Of a stretch of 64,000 bases of DNA, positions 53,802-63,894 are shown piece by piece. Location: the NCBI GenBank assembly GCA_041178345.1, contig JBEGVQ010000109.1:11074-75073 (forward strand), written 5' to 3'. Under the pieces are notes generated by a model, which saw only the letters and a list, made by a program, of their open reading frames with translations, was not told the DNA's origin and searched no databases. The position numbers and the translations under genes are program-made. Every line of letters starts with the position of its first letter. Within the stretch, counting starts at the first letter, position 1. The DNA comes from Acidobacteriota bacterium (GTDB lineage: Bacteria; Acidobacteriota; Vicinamibacteria; Vicinamibacterales; UBA2999).

Positions 53802-56800
53802 TCAGGTCTTCAGTATGAGGCCAGATGCCGGCTGACCGGTGGCGCGGGTGACCGCGTCCAGGTAGATCGAGACCTGGCGGACATACGCATCCTCTGCCGT
53901 GGCGATCTCGATGTCGGTCTTGAAGTCGATCACCATCCAGCCGGCATCGGTTTCGTAGGCCAGGTCGATCTGGCCGTCGATGATCTGCGGCGTTCCGGTG
54001 CCGTCATCGATCCGAAGCGCCACGGGAACCTCGCGCCAAACGCGTCGGCCGGCCGCCTCGGCCGCGCGCGCTTCCGCCAGGCGGGGATGTTTCAGGACGT
54101 TGACCACCATGACGCGCGCCGCCGCCTGCTCTTCGTCGGTGGCGCCGAGCAGTTTGGCATGCAGTGCCGACAGTTCTTCCACTTCGCCAGAGGTCGCCGT
54201 CAGCGCGACCGAGGCCAGCAACGCGTGCACCAAAGTGCCGAATCGCTTGCCTGACGGACGCGGCAAGCGCACAGACGCATCCTCGACCACGACCGCCGAC
54301 ACTGGGCGCCCGTCATCGCCCGACTCCTTCAACTGCGTTGGCGTCGTGACGATTATCGACGGCGCTGATCCTTGCGCCTGCACGGCCGCGCGCCGCTCCT
54401 TCCACTCGTCGTAGCGCGCGCGGTCGGTGGCGACGTCGATGGGGCTGGCATCCTTCGAGATGAGATCGTCGCGGCGCAGTCCCAGCGGCACGTCGTCCGC
54501 GGTTTCGAGCAGCAGCGGATCCCACCACACCACCGAGTAGGCCTGGCCCGACTCGTCCGCGAGCTGGTAGGTGCCCGGACGCACCGTATCGTCAACCGGC
54601 TGTCCGTCGGCGCGGGCGTCGGGCATGATCGTCTGCTTGCCCTTGAACAACGGCACGCCCCGGGCGGGCGACGGCGATTGCCACTGGTCGCGCGGCGGAT
54701 AAAGTGCGCGAGTGAGCGGGCGCAACCATCCCTGGTCGTACGGTCCGTCACCGACGGCCGGCACGATCAGCACGTCGCGGGCGCGGGTCGCCGCGACATA
54801 GGCCAGCCTGATCCCTTCGGCTTCATCGCGCTTGGCCTCCTGGTCGTTGTGCTCCAGGAGCTCGACCGGCGACCAGCCGCCAATGCGCATGGCGCACAGC
54901 CGGTTCGCCGGATCGAGATACCGCGAGGCGTCCTCCAGGCTCAGCTTGCAGGCGATGTCGGCCAGGACGACCACCGGAAACTCGAGGCCCTTGGCCTTGT
55001 GCACGGTCATCATGCGCACACCGTCGCTGCCCTCTTCGAGGATCGGCGCTTCGGGCGAATCGGCCCGGCCCGAAGCGTCGTGCAACGTGTCAACGAAACC
55101 GCGAAACGAGAGCCCGCCTTCCGCTTCGTAGCGACGCGCCAGGTCCGAGATGTGCAGGACGTTGGCGAGCACCTGCTCGCCGCCACGCCACAGGATGAAG
55201 CCGGCATGCGCCCGGGTGATCGCAATCAGCCGGCCAATGGTGTCGGCCACCGGCCGGTGGTTGCGCGCGGCGTGCAGTTCGCGCAGCGTGGTCAGCGCCT
55301 TCGCCACCGGCTGCAACCGCTCCGGCAGCTCCTTCGGCACGCGGTACGGATGAAAGGCGCGCGCGATCGAGTGATACTCGAGCAGCTCTTCCTCGCCAAT
55401 CGCGAACAACGGGCCGTGGAGCGAGGCGTACACCGACAGTTCGTCCTCGGGCCACTCGATGGCGGTCAGGGCGGTCCGAATCGCATCCACCTCCTCGCGC
55501 TCGTGAAAGGTCTTGCCGCCGACCAGCAGGTGGGGAATGCCGGCGCCTTCGAGGGCCTCGACATACCCGCGTGTGATGTCCTGGCCGAAATGCAGGAATC
55601 GCCTGAACAGCAGGCAGACATCGCTGGCCACGATCTTCCGGCGGGTGCCACCGGCGTCCACCGTCCAAGTGCAGTCCGGCGACAGCAGCCACCCCAGGAA
55701 CGCCGCGATCGCGGGCGGCTGCGATTGGTTGAGGGCCGTCTGGGTCACCTGCGGCGGGCCGTACATCTGCCGGCCGTACGGGCGCGGCACCGGCAGCGCG
55801 ACGATCGACGGCTGCTCGGGGGTATCTTCCCGGTGACGCAGCAGCGGCACGTAGTCGGCCTGCAACGCGTCTTCGTCGCCGTCCATGTCGGGCTGGAACG
55901 CGGCGTTGACGAAATGCTGGATCGCGGGCACGCTGCGGAACGAGGTCTGCAGCGTCACGGCCATGGCGCCGCTCTTGGCCAGGCCGCTGGCAATGCGGCG
56001 ATAGGCGCCGACGTCGGCGCGGCGGAAGCGATAGATTGACTGCTTGGGGTCGCCAACAATGAACAACGCGCCGGGACGCAGCGCGCCCCGATCGTCGCCG
56101 GCGAGGCGCAGCAGCAACTCCGCCTGCAGCGAATCGGTGTCCTGGAACTCATCGACCAGGATCACGCGGAAGCGCTCGCGGAACTCGCGGCACACCTCGG
56201 CGTTGTCGCACACGAGGTCGCGCGCCTTGATCAGCAGGTCGAGAAAATCGAGGGCGCCGGCCTCCTGCTTGCGTTCCTCGTAGCGCCGCAGGCAGTCGCG
56301 CATCTCCTCGTGCAGCAAGGCCGCGAGGTCGGCATCGGCCAGGTCGCGAAACGCCTGCAGGTCGCGAACGATCTCGGCATGCGCCGCCAGTGCCTGCTCG
56401 CGCGTGACGCCAATCGCAAATGCCGCACCGGTGCCCTTCTTCGGATGCAGGAAGTCGCGATGGTCGGCCAGCGCGACCAGCGCGGCCTCCCAGCCGTCCC
56501 AGGTTCCCTCCGGCACCATGTCGCCGACCCGCCGGCGCTGGCGTTCGATGTCCTGGCTCGTGGTGATGGCGACAGCCACGGACGTCGAGAACTTGTCGTC
56601 GCGCTTGATCGGCTTGCCGGCCATCTCGGCAAACCCGCGCAACTTGTGAGTCAGCTGCTTGATCGCCGCCAGGCGGTCGTACGACGGCCGGCGCCACGGC
56701 GCCGAGTAGTCGCGCCACTCGCGCAGGCTGCGCGCCGCCACCCGCAAGCGCTCGATCGGGCCGTCCTCGCTGTCATCGTCAAACCGCCACTTGACGGGCC

Positions 56801-57296
56801 GTCGCAACGAGCGGCGGACGCCCTCCTGGGCATTGCCCAGCTGTTCGTGCAGCCAGGCCGTGAACGCCTCTTCGAACAGGCGCTCGGCCTGCGCGTCGGC
56901 CAGCACCGTGAACGCCGGGTCGACCCGCGCCTCGACGGGCCGCTCGCGCAGCAGCTCGGCGCAGAAGCCGTGAATGGTGGTGACGTGGGCTTCTTCGAAG
57001 TCGTGCACGGCGTCATCGAGGCGCCGCCCGGTTTCCGTCTCGGGCGAGGTGCGCGCCCGCGCGCGTTCCAGCTCTTCGCGCAACCGGAGCTTCAATTCAC
57101 CGGCGGCCTTCTCGCTGAACGTCACGGCGACGATCTGGTCGATGGTCGCCCGCTGATGTTCGATCAGCGCGACGATGCGGCCGACGAGTTCGGTGGTTTT
57201 GCCGGTGCCGGCCGCGGCCTCGACAATCAGTGTCTGGTCGAGCTCGCGAGCAATGAGCTGCCGGTTCTCCTCGACGGTCTTCTTGCCCCCCATCAT
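53802..57296 (-). CDS. addA: AddA-type UvrD/PcrA-family helicase with C-terminal PD-(D/E)XK nuclease
   Basis: Preferred start ATGATG at 57296, overlapping the addB stop. Walker A AAAGTGKTTELV, then DQIVAVTFSEKAA, VLVDEFQDTD, VGDPKQSIYRFR, MTVHKAKGLEF. Nuclease motif GQIDLAYETDAGWMVIDFKTD. Confidence 0.85.
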   Translation of the reverse strand: MMGGKKTVEENRQLIARELDQTLIVEAAAGTGKTTELVGRIVALIEHQRATIDQIVAVTFSEKAAGELKLRLREELERARARTSPETETGRRLDDAVHDFEEAHVTTIHGFCAELLRERPVEARVDPAFTVLADAQAERLFEEAFTAWLHEQLGNAQEGVRRSLRRPVKWRFDDDSEDGPIERLRVAARSLREWRDYSAPWRRPSYDRLAAIKQLTHKLRGFAEMAGKPIKRDDKFSTSVAVAITTSQDIERQRRRVGDMVPEGTWDGWEAALVALADHRDFLHPKKGTGAAFAIGVTREQALAAHAEIVRDLQAFRDLADADLAALLHEEMRDCLRRYEERKQEAGALDFLDLLIKARDLVCDNAEVCREFRERFRVILVDEFQDTDSLQAELLLRLAGDDRGALRPGALFIVGDPKQSIYRFRRADVGAYRRIASGLAKSGAMAVTLQTSFRSVPAIQHFVNAAFQPDMDGDEDALQADYVPLLRHREDTPEQPSIVALPVPRPYGRQMYGPPQVTQTALNQSQPPAIAAFLGWLLSPDCTWTVDAGGTRRKIVASDVCLLFRRFLHFGQDITRGYVEALEGAGIPHLLVGGKTFHEREEVDAIRTALTAIEWPEDELSVYASLHGPLFAIGEEELLEYHSIARAFHPYRVPKELPERLQPVAKALTTLRELHAARNHRPVADTIGRLIAITRAHAGFILWRGGEQVLANVLHISDLARRYEAEGGLSFRGFVDTLHDASGRADSPEAPILEEGSDGVRMMTVHKAKGLEFPVVVLADIACKLSLEDASRYLDPANRLCAMRIGGWSPVELLEHNDQEAKRDEAEGIRLAYVAATRARDVLIVPAVGDGPYDQGWLRPLTRALYPPRDQWQSPSPARGVPLFKGKQTIMPDARADGQPVDDTVRPGTYQLADESGQAYSVVWWDPLLLETADDVPLGLRRDDLISKDASPIDVATDRARYDEWKERRAAVQAQGSAPSIIVTTPTQLKESGDDGRPVSAVVVEDASVRLPRPSGKRFGTLVHALLASVALTATSGEVEELSALHAKLLGATDEEQAAARVMVVNVLKHPRLAEARAAEAAGRRVWREVPVALRIDDGTGTPQIIDGQIDLAYETDAGWMVIDFKTDIEIATAEDAYVRQVSIYLDAVTRATGQPASGLILKT

Positions 57297-60200
57297 GGGA
57301 TCTTCCTCAGCGCGTCGAGGTCGGCGAACAACTTCGCATCCTTGCGACGGGTGCGCTGCTCTTCGCCGCGCCCGCACACCACCTTGAAATCACACCACTT
57401 GCAGGCCTCGTGGGCAGGGCGGGCCGCGAGCGCGCCATTTTCGATCGCGCGATCGACGATCTCGAGCACTTCGAGGCCCCGCTTCGGCGCATCACCCATC
57501 AGCGGGATCTCGTACGGCTGGAACCCGCCGGCGGTGGTGCAGAAGAACAGCCGGCCCGAGAACACGGTTTCTTCCGGAAAGAGCGCCGTCAGCGCGAGGC
57601 CATAGATCACCGGCTGCAGCACGCGGCCGCCATCGACGACGGTCTGGCCGGATTTCGTGCGGTTCTTGCCGGTCTTGTGATCGGTGACGCGTAGGAAGCC
57701 GGTGTTGCGATGACGCTCGATCATGTCCATCGAGCCGCGCAACTTGAAGCGGCCGTCGACGAGCGCGGGCTCGGCCACGCTATGCGGGTCGCGTCCGTCC
57801 ATGTCGGGCAGGCCGAAGCTGAATTCGAACCGCTCCGGCGTCCAGTCCGCGCCCTCGTCCGCCAGCTTCTCGAGCCAGGTCTGGAGGTCGGCCGTCATCA
57901 AGCCGATCTCGTCGCGCCAGACGCGATCAATGGCGGGGTTGAGCCGGTCCTTCTCGCGATCGTGCACTTCCCGAATCGCCGTCGCCAGGTGCTCTTGCGC
58001 GGCCGGCAGGTTACCGGCCGACAGCGGCAACAGGCCCTCGGCCTGCAGCCGGCGAAGCGCCGCGGCCTGCATCTGGTGAAACAGGTCGCCTCGCGTCAGC
58101 GGATCCATCTTCTGCAGCGGCGCGGGCGCGTCGAGCGGGGCCAGGCGATAGACCGCGGCCATCAGGAACTGGTAGGGACAGGCGGAGTATCGCTGCAGCG
58201 CGGTCAGCGAGTACGGGCGCGCGCCCAGCCGTTGCGACGACAGGGCATCGCGAGTCGTCTCGGCCGATCGGACAATTCCGTCGGCGGGCTCCCACTGCTT
58301 GCGGTGATGCCGTAGCCATCGCGAGGTCAGCGACCGCTGCAGTTCCGGGCTGAGCTCGTAGAGATACCGGGCGCGGCCCTTCGCGGCGGCCGACTTGGTG
58401 CCGAGCAGCGCGGCCAGCGTCGACAGGTCGTGCTCGAAGTCGTCGATCGCGGTTGTGGGGTCCACCGGCGCGGGACGAGCCAGGGCCGAACCACCGGCCT
58501 GCAGCGCCCGCGCGGCGATGATCTGCGCCGGCGGAATATGGCCTTCGATCGCGCGCGCGATGTCGAGCACGTAGAACGACGGCACGCGCGGGCGCGACTC
58601 GTTCAACTCGATTCGCGGGAACGACACGTACAGCCGCTCGGCCGCGGCGCCGGCCGCCAGCGACAGCTGCAGGCGCTCGTCGGCCGCCCGGCGCGCCTGC
58701 GTGGCGAGCGCCGCATCGGCGGCTTCCCGCCGGCGATCGGGCAACAGCGAATCCTCGCGAATCCGCTGGGGGAACATCCGCTCCGCCAGCCCGGGTACGA
58801 ACACGACCTTGAACGAGCGGCCGCGGGCGGCGCTCGGCGTGCCCACAAACACGCGGCCGTGCCGGCGGCGCGGCGGCTCGTGGGTCAGCGACGACAGGCG
58901 CGGCGTGAGGACGTCGCGGACTTCTCGCAGGCTGACCGGGCCGATCGCCGACAGGGGCGCCAGCTCGCGCAGCACCCGGACCACGCGCTCGGGTTTCGCG
59001 AGCACCCGCGGCGCCAGCCGCTCGATGGCGGACAGCCAGTCGCCCCAGGTCTGCGCGGTTTGCCACTCGGCCATCTCGGCGAGAATCGGCTCCGCGAACG
59101 ACCGCAGAGCGCGCAACTGCTCGCGGTCGCGGACGAGCGCGCGCACGCGCGAAGCCTCGGGATCCTCGGAGCTGGCTTCGCGGACCCGGCGGTCGTACTC
59201 GTGCTCGAGCCCGGCGAGGCGCCGCTGCCAGCGATCGAACTTGCCGATCACCGCCGCTTCGACGATCAGGTCTTCCCACCGCCACGGCGCGCGCAGCGTG
59301 CCGGCCAGGTCGTAGGTGGACTCGCCGCGCGCGACCTGCGCGCGCGCCTCTTCGTCTGGCTGGGTATCTTCGGCCAGGTCGGCGGGTGGCAGCAGCGCTT
59401 CGACCAGTTCGTCGGCCGGCGGCGACCACTGGTCGGCATTGCCGGCATCCGTGAGCGGCACCTGGCCGAGCGAGACGTACTCGGCAAACCGGCGCGCCGA
59501 CAGTTCCTCGTCCGCGCACGCCAGCAGGGCGAGCATGGCGCGGCCGGCCGGATCGGGCCGCCGCGTGCCGCGGTGAAACCAGGCGGGAATGCCGGCGCGA
59601 TCGAGCGCGTGCTCGAGCACGCTCAGATAGGTACCCGGCGCGCGCAGCAGGATCGCCATCTCGTCGAACGCGATGCCGCGCGCGGCCTCCTGCAACAGGC
59701 GCCGGGCAATCTCGATCGATTCGCGTCCCTCGCCGGGCGCCGAGAACAGGATCACCGAGTCGTCTTCCTGGCCGGCCGGCGGAGTCTCGTCGGCGAACAG
59801 GTGGCGCTGCAAGCGCTGCAGGGCGCGGTCGCCTTGCAGGGGCGCCAACGAATCAATGCCGAGTTCATCCAGTGTTCGGCGATCGCCAGACGGCGCGGTG
59901 ACGATCACACTCTTCGCTGCGCCAATCACCGCCCTGACGAACACCGCCTCGGCTTGGGAGTGAATCGCGACATCGAGCAACACCACCGTTTTGCCTGAGA
60001 GCAACTCTCGGTGCGCGACGAGCTCCGCAGTGGCTGTCTCCAGCATCGTGGCGTAATCGATCGCGCCGGCCTTGCCGCGCTCCTCAATCGCCCGTTCGAG
60101 CAGTTGGGACAGGTCGTCGTTGGCCGGGTGGCCAGTCAACCGATCCGCATCAAGTCCAGCCATGCGCAACTCGCCGAGTGTCCGGCTGAGCGCACGTGGG

Positions 60201-60598
60201 AATCCAGGCATGTGGGCCACCGGCGCGAAGTAGCCGAGGTGCTGGCCTGTTAGCAGATCATCCGTGACCCGGGCGGCCACCGCTTCGTCACTGAGCGGAG
60301 CGCTCGGGGTGAGACCCCGTCGCGCCAGGGCCGGAACGGCCAGCTTCGCGACGAGCTCGGTCAGGCCGACCCGCGTGATGCCGAAGGTCGCCCCGCGCTC
60401 GGCCGCCAGCGCCAGCGCAAACTCGTCGGCTGCGCCCCGGCTGGCGCCGACGATCAGGATGGGCGGCGTGGCGGCATCGAGGCTCGCCCGCGCCTGGGCA
60501 ATCCGGGTCGCGCTTGAGGGCGAAACGATGGAGAGAATGGATTCGGACAAGAGGGACCCGGAAGCACGTCGAGGATACAACGCCGGGGACAGTTCCAC
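57293..60598 (-). CDS. addB: AddB-type subunit (degenerate helicase-like N-terminus, C-terminal RecB-family nuclease with Fe-S cysteines)
   Basis: N-terminal ILIVGASRGAADE (non-canonical P-loop). Nuclease GSMDMIERH...LRVTDHKTGK. Cys pattern YSACPYQF ... ACKWCDFKVVC (C, then CxxCx5C). GTG start. Confidence 0.8.
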   Translation of the reverse strand: MELSPALYPRRASGSLLSESILSIVSPSSATRIAQARASLDAATPPILIVGASRGAADEFALALAAERGATFGITRVGLTELVAKLAVPALARRGLTPSAPLSDEAVAARVTDDLLTGQHLGYFAPVAHMPGFPRALSRTLGELRMAGLDADRLTGHPANDDLSQLLERAIEERGKAGAIDYATMLETATAELVAHRELLSGKTVVLLDVAIHSQAEAVFVRAVIGAAKSVIVTAPSGDRRTLDELGIDSLAPLQGDRALQRLQRHLFADETPPAGQEDDSVILFSAPGEGRESIEIARRLLQEAARGIAFDEMAILLRAPGTYLSVLEHALDRAGIPAWFHRGTRRPDPAGRAMLALLACADEELSARRFAEYVSLGQVPLTDAGNADQWSPPADELVEALLPPADLAEDTQPDEEARAQVARGESTYDLAGTLRAPWRWEDLIVEAAVIGKFDRWQRRLAGLEHEYDRRVREASSEDPEASRVRALVRDREQLRALRSFAEPILAEMAEWQTAQTWGDWLSAIERLAPRVLAKPERVVRVLRELAPLSAIGPVSLREVRDVLTPRLSSLTHEPPRRRHGRVFVGTPSAARGRSFKVVFVPGLAERMFPQRIREDSLLPDRRREAADAALATQARRAADERLQLSLAAGAAAERLYVSFPRIELNESRPRVPSFYVLDIARAIEGHIPPAQIIAARALQAGGSALARPAPVDPTTAIDDFEHDLSTLAALLGTKSAAAKGRARYLYELSPELQRSLTSRWLRHHRKQWEPADGIVRSAETTRDALSSQRLGARPYSLTALQRYSACPYQFLMAAVYRLAPLDAPAPLQKMDPLTRGDLFHQMQAAALRRLQAEGLLPLSAGNLPAAQEHLATAIREVHDREKDRLNPAIDRVWRDEIGLMTADLQTWLEKLADEGADWTPERFEFSFGLPDMDGRDPHSVAEPALVDGRFKLRGSMDMIERHRNTGFLRVTDHKTGKNRTKSGQTVVDGGRVLQPVIYGLALTALFPEETVFSGRLFFCTTAGGFQPYEIPLMGDAPKRGLEVLEIVDRAIENGALAARPAHEACKWCDFKVVCGRGEEQRTRRKDAKLFADLDALRKIP

Positions 60599-60723
60599 GG
60601 ATCAGGACACCCGCGGCGAGCGCAAATCCGCGAATCCCGCGAAAACAGGCGTAGAATTCAAAATTCTTCGAGGCCTGGCCCGGCACGGCACTTGCTCAGC
60701 AGAGGTCAGACAGGGGAACGGTC

Positions 60724-61767
60724 ATGGAGTTCAACAAGCTGGTCTTCGCGGGATTGTCGATTGGGTGCCTGGCGGCGGCCGGCGGCGGGTCGTACCTCGC
60801 GGTCCGGCAGAATCAAACTTCGGGTGCCCTGCGTGCCTACGGCGCCTCAGCTGCCGCGGGCGCGCCGGTTGAACCCGCCGCGGCGACCCAACCGGACGCG
60901 CCCGTGACCGAGTCGGAAGGGGTCATTGCGCCGGAACCGTCGACTCCGGCCACGACGGTGCCCGGCACTCCTACCCTCCGCATGCAGGACATCGCCCAGG
61001 CCCCGGGCAAGCCGACCCGCGCTTCGGCCGCTTCGGCGCGCCCGGCCTCCCCCGCCCCCACGCGCCGGGCACCGGCTGTGCCCGAACCGCCGCCGGTCGC
61101 CGCCAGTGCGCCGCCTCCCGCGCCGGCACCGGCCGCCTCGGGCGGCACGATGTGGGAGTCGCGCCCGTCGGTGCAGGCCTCTGTGCCGGAGTATCCCGAG
61201 CCCGAACCACCGCCTCCGCCACCGCCGCCGGCACCCGAATTCGTTGACGTGACCGTGCCGTCTGACGCGGTGCTCGGCCTGCAGATCGAGCGGACCGTGT
61301 CGAGCGAACTGGCCCGCGTGGAAGACAAGGTCGAAGCCCGCGTGACGCGCGACGTGCGCGTGGAGAACCGCGTGGCCATCCCCGCGGGCTCGGCGGTGCG
61401 GGGGTCGGTCACCGAGGTCGACAAGGGCGGACGCGTGAAGGGCACGGCGCGCCTCGCCATCCGTTTCCACACGATCGTCCTGGCCGACGGCACCGAGCTC
61501 GCGCTGAAGAGCGATCCGGTCATTCGTGAAGGTCAGTCACCTGGCGGGGAGAGCGCGGCCAAGGTCGGCGGTGCGGCGATTGGCGGCGCGATCCTCGGCG
61601 CCATTCTCGGCGGCGGGCGCGGCGCGGCCATCGGCGGCGCGGTTGGCGCCGGCGCCGGCACGGCCGCGGCGATGAGCAACGATCGCAACCCGGCGACGCT
61701 GACGGCCGGCACTACGGTAACGGTCCGCATGCAGGCGCCCGTCACGGTGACGGTGCAGAAGGAATAG
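60724..61767 (+). CDS. Membrane-anchored protein with Pro/Ala-rich linker and C-terminal glycine-zipper segment, unknown function
   Basis: ATG follows AGGGGAA. TM FAGLSIGCLAAAGGGSYLAV. Proline-rich PEPPPVAASAPPPAPAPAA...EPEPPPPPPPPAPE. Glycine zipper GGAAIGGAILGAILGGGRGAAIGGAVGAGAG. Confidence 0.65.
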   Translation: MEFNKLVFAGLSIGCLAAAGGGSYLAVRQNQTSGALRAYGASAAAGAPVEPAAATQPDAPVTESEGVIAPEPSTPATTVPGTPTLRMQDIAQAPGKPTRASAASARPASPAPTRRAPAVPEPPPVAASAPPPAPAPAASGGTMWESRPSVQASVPEYPEPEPPPPPPPPAPEFVDVTVPSDAVLGLQIERTVSSELARVEDKVEARVTRDVRVENRVAIPAGSAVRGSVTEVDKGGRVKGTARLAIRFHTIVLADGTELALKSDPVIREGQSPGGESAAKVGGAAIGGAILGAILGGGRGAAIGGAVGAGAGTAAAMSNDRNPATLTAGTTVTVRMQAPVTVTVQKE

Positions 61768-61793
61768 CGCGGGCGGCCGCGCGCGCTGACGGC

Positions 61794-63233
61794 CTAGGGC
61801 GCCAGGACGCGAATCGTCCCGTCGCCCTTGTTCAGCAGGAACACCCGGCCACCGTTGCCTTCGCTGATGCGCAGGTCGGCGCGGGTCGACGGCTTCTTAC
61901 CCTGGGCGGCATTCTTCTCCTGGATCACCTGCAGCACCGTCTTCGCCGTGCCGTCCGCGTTGATCAGAATGCGGCGAATCGACGCCTGGCCGCCGTTGGG
62001 CAGGCGATCGGCGCTGACGTAGAAAATCTCGCCGCTCGGCATGTCGGTGAACATCAGCAGGTTGGCCAGTTGCGGCACTTCCTTGCCGCGATACACCATC
62101 AATCCGCTGGCGGCCGACTGGTTCTGCATCAACTTGTCGTTCTGGTCCCACTCGGCCACGGGATAGGTCATCGCCGGATCGCTTCGCGATTTCTCGATGC
62201 TCACGGCCTGCCGGCTGACGAACCGGAAGCTCCCCTCCCAATCGTTCCAGCCCAGGTTCGCGCCGGCAGTGACCGGGCTCACTTCCTCGACGATGTTCTG
62301 GCCGATGTCGGCGACGTAAAGGGCGCCGGTTTGCGAATCCCATGCGAACCGCTGTGGGTTCCTGGTGCCGTAGGCGTAGATCTCGCCGAGCGCGCCGGCG
62401 CGGGACACAAACGGGTTATTGGCCGGAATGCCGTACTTCTTGTTGGCGCTGCTGGTGCCGAGCGGATCGATGCGAAAGATCTTGCCGAACGCCGAACCCA
62501 GGTCTTGCGACAGGCGCAACGGATCGCCGCCGCTGCCCCCGTCCGCCACACCGGCATACAGCAACCCGAATTCGGGTGTGCCGGGTCTGGCCAGCGGGTT
62601 GAACGCCAGGTGACCGGCGTTGTGGTTGGCATAGGGCTGGCGGAAGCGCATCAGCTCGCGCGGGGGGCCGCCGTCGTAGGCCGGTGCGCCGGGCGTCTTC
62701 GCAGTCCACTCCAGCAGCACCGTGTCGTGCGTGGTGGCGGTGTGGCGGGTCGTGAAGTCCGGCGACGCGCCCTGGTTGGAGGTGTCGGTGTAGGTGTAGA
62801 ACTTGCCGAAGCCGGGCGTGCCCGGCTGGCCGAACTGCGGGTGGAAGGTGAAGCTCTGGAACCCGCGCTCGCGCCCGCCGGACTGCACGGCCACGCCCCA
62901 CGCCGGCGCGTTGATGTCGAGGTAGAGCGCGACCTGCCGCCCGTCGTAGCTGACGCTGTAGATCGGCCCGCGCATGTCGTTGACGAACAGCCGCCGCGTG
63001 GCCGGCTCGTCCACGAGGTTCATCATCCGCGCCGCCACGCCGTCGATGTCTGGCAACGACGCGAACTCGCGCGCGTTGACCCTGATCACCCCGGCCGTCG
63101 GCTCGATCGGTTCCGGAAAGGGGTCGTTGCTCTGCCCGGGCAGCAGCGGTGCGGCCGGCTGAGGTGGCTGCGCCGCCACCGGCGACGCGACGAGGAGCGC
63201 AATCAGGAGCAGGAGCGGGCAGGCAACCGGCAT
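61794..63233 (-). CDS. PQQ-dependent sugar (glucose/sorbosone) dehydrogenase family beta-propeller protein, secreted
   Basis: Signal peptide MPVACPLLLLIALLVASPVAAQ. Family blocks HNAGHLAFNP, GKIFRIDP, IYAYGTRNPQRFAWD, LYVADIGQNIVEEV, GANLGWNDWEG. Confidence 0.8.
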   Translation of the reverse strand: MPVACPLLLLIALLVASPVAAQPPQPAAPLLPGQSNDPFPEPIEPTAGVIRVNAREFASLPDIDGVAARMMNLVDEPATRRLFVNDMRGPIYSVSYDGRQVALYLDINAPAWGVAVQSGGRERGFQSFTFHPQFGQPGTPGFGKFYTYTDTSNQGASPDFTTRHTATTHDTVLLEWTAKTPGAPAYDGGPPRELMRFRQPYANHNAGHLAFNPLARPGTPEFGLLYAGVADGGSGGDPLRLSQDLGSAFGKIFRIDPLGTSSANKKYGIPANNPFVSRAGALGEIYAYGTRNPQRFAWDSQTGALYVADIGQNIVEEVSPVTAGANLGWNDWEGSFRFVSRQAVSIEKSRSDPAMTYPVAEWDQNDKLMQNQSAASGLMVYRGKEVPQLANLLMFTDMPSGEIFYVSADRLPNGGQASIRRILINADGTAKTVLQVIQEKNAAQGKKPSTRADLRISEGNGGRVFLLNKGDGTIRVLAP

Positions 63234-63310
63234 GTCGCTACTACGATAACCCCACCTTACCGATTCTCAACCGGCCCGCAGTCCCGTCGTATGATTGGTC
63301 CTGGAGGCTG

Positions 63311-63838
63311 ATGATCATGCGTTCACTTACCACCGCCCTGGTTCTCGCACTGGGCGTTGCCACTCTCGCGGCTCAGACGAAACAGGAACGAGCCGGCATC
63401 GTCAATTTCACGAAGGTCGACGCGGTCGTCGCCTGCGGCGGCGCCACCGAAACCGCGGCGCTCGAGGGCCTGGCCAAGGACGGCTTCAAGGCCGTGATCA
63501 ACCTGCGGATGCCGACGGAAAAGGGCGCCAACATCGAGGAGAACGCGGCGCGCGCGAAGCAGGTCGGGCTGAAGTACATCAACATCCCCTTCAACGGCCA
63601 ACAGCCGGATGCCAAGGTGTTCGACCAGTTCCTGGCGGCGATCGCGGACAAATCGAACCAGCCGGCCTACGTCCACTGCGCGTCGGCGACGCGCGTCGGC
63701 GCGGTCTGGCTCGCGAAGCGCGCGCTGCAGGATGGCTGGCCGATCGAGAAGGCCACGGAAGAGGCCCGGCTAATCGGCCTGGGCAACCCGGCGCTCGAGA
63801 AATTCGCGCTTTCGTACGTCGAGAGCCACAAGCAGTAA
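63311..63838 (+). CDS. DUF442/TIGR01244-like phosphatase-fold protein (PTP-loop HCxxxxR), secreted
   Basis: Signal peptide MIMRSLTTALVLALGVATLAAQ. AVINLRMPTE...KYINIPF...PAYVHCASATRVG. Start ATG at 63311 or 63317 after GGAGG. Confidence 0.65.
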   Translation: MIMRSLTTALVLALGVATLAAQTKQERAGIVNFTKVDAVVACGGATETAALEGLAKDGFKAVINLRMPTEKGANIEENAARAKQVGLKYINIPFNGQQPDAKVFDQFLAAIADKSNQPAYVHCASATRVGAVWLAKRALQDGWPIEKATEEARLIGLGNPALEKFALSYVESHKQ

Positions 63839-63853
63839 GCCGGGCCTGTTGCC

Positions 63854-63880
63854 GGTGCCGGGGTTTGACACTCCGGCACC
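63854..63880 (+). terminator. Hairpin GGTGCCGG-(11 nt)-CCGGCACC after the DUF442 gene
   Basis: Perfect 8-bp stem read directly from the sequence. No U-tract, and its loop contains the TTGACA listed below. Confidence 0.35.
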
Positions 63881-63894
63881 TCAACAGCGATACT
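63865..63894 (+). promoter_or_regulatory. Sigma70-like promoter candidate: TTGACA, 18-nt spacer, GATACT
   Basis: Consensus -35 read directly from the sequence. Downstream DNA to the window end forms three consecutive hairpins rather than an obvious ORF start. Confidence 0.3.
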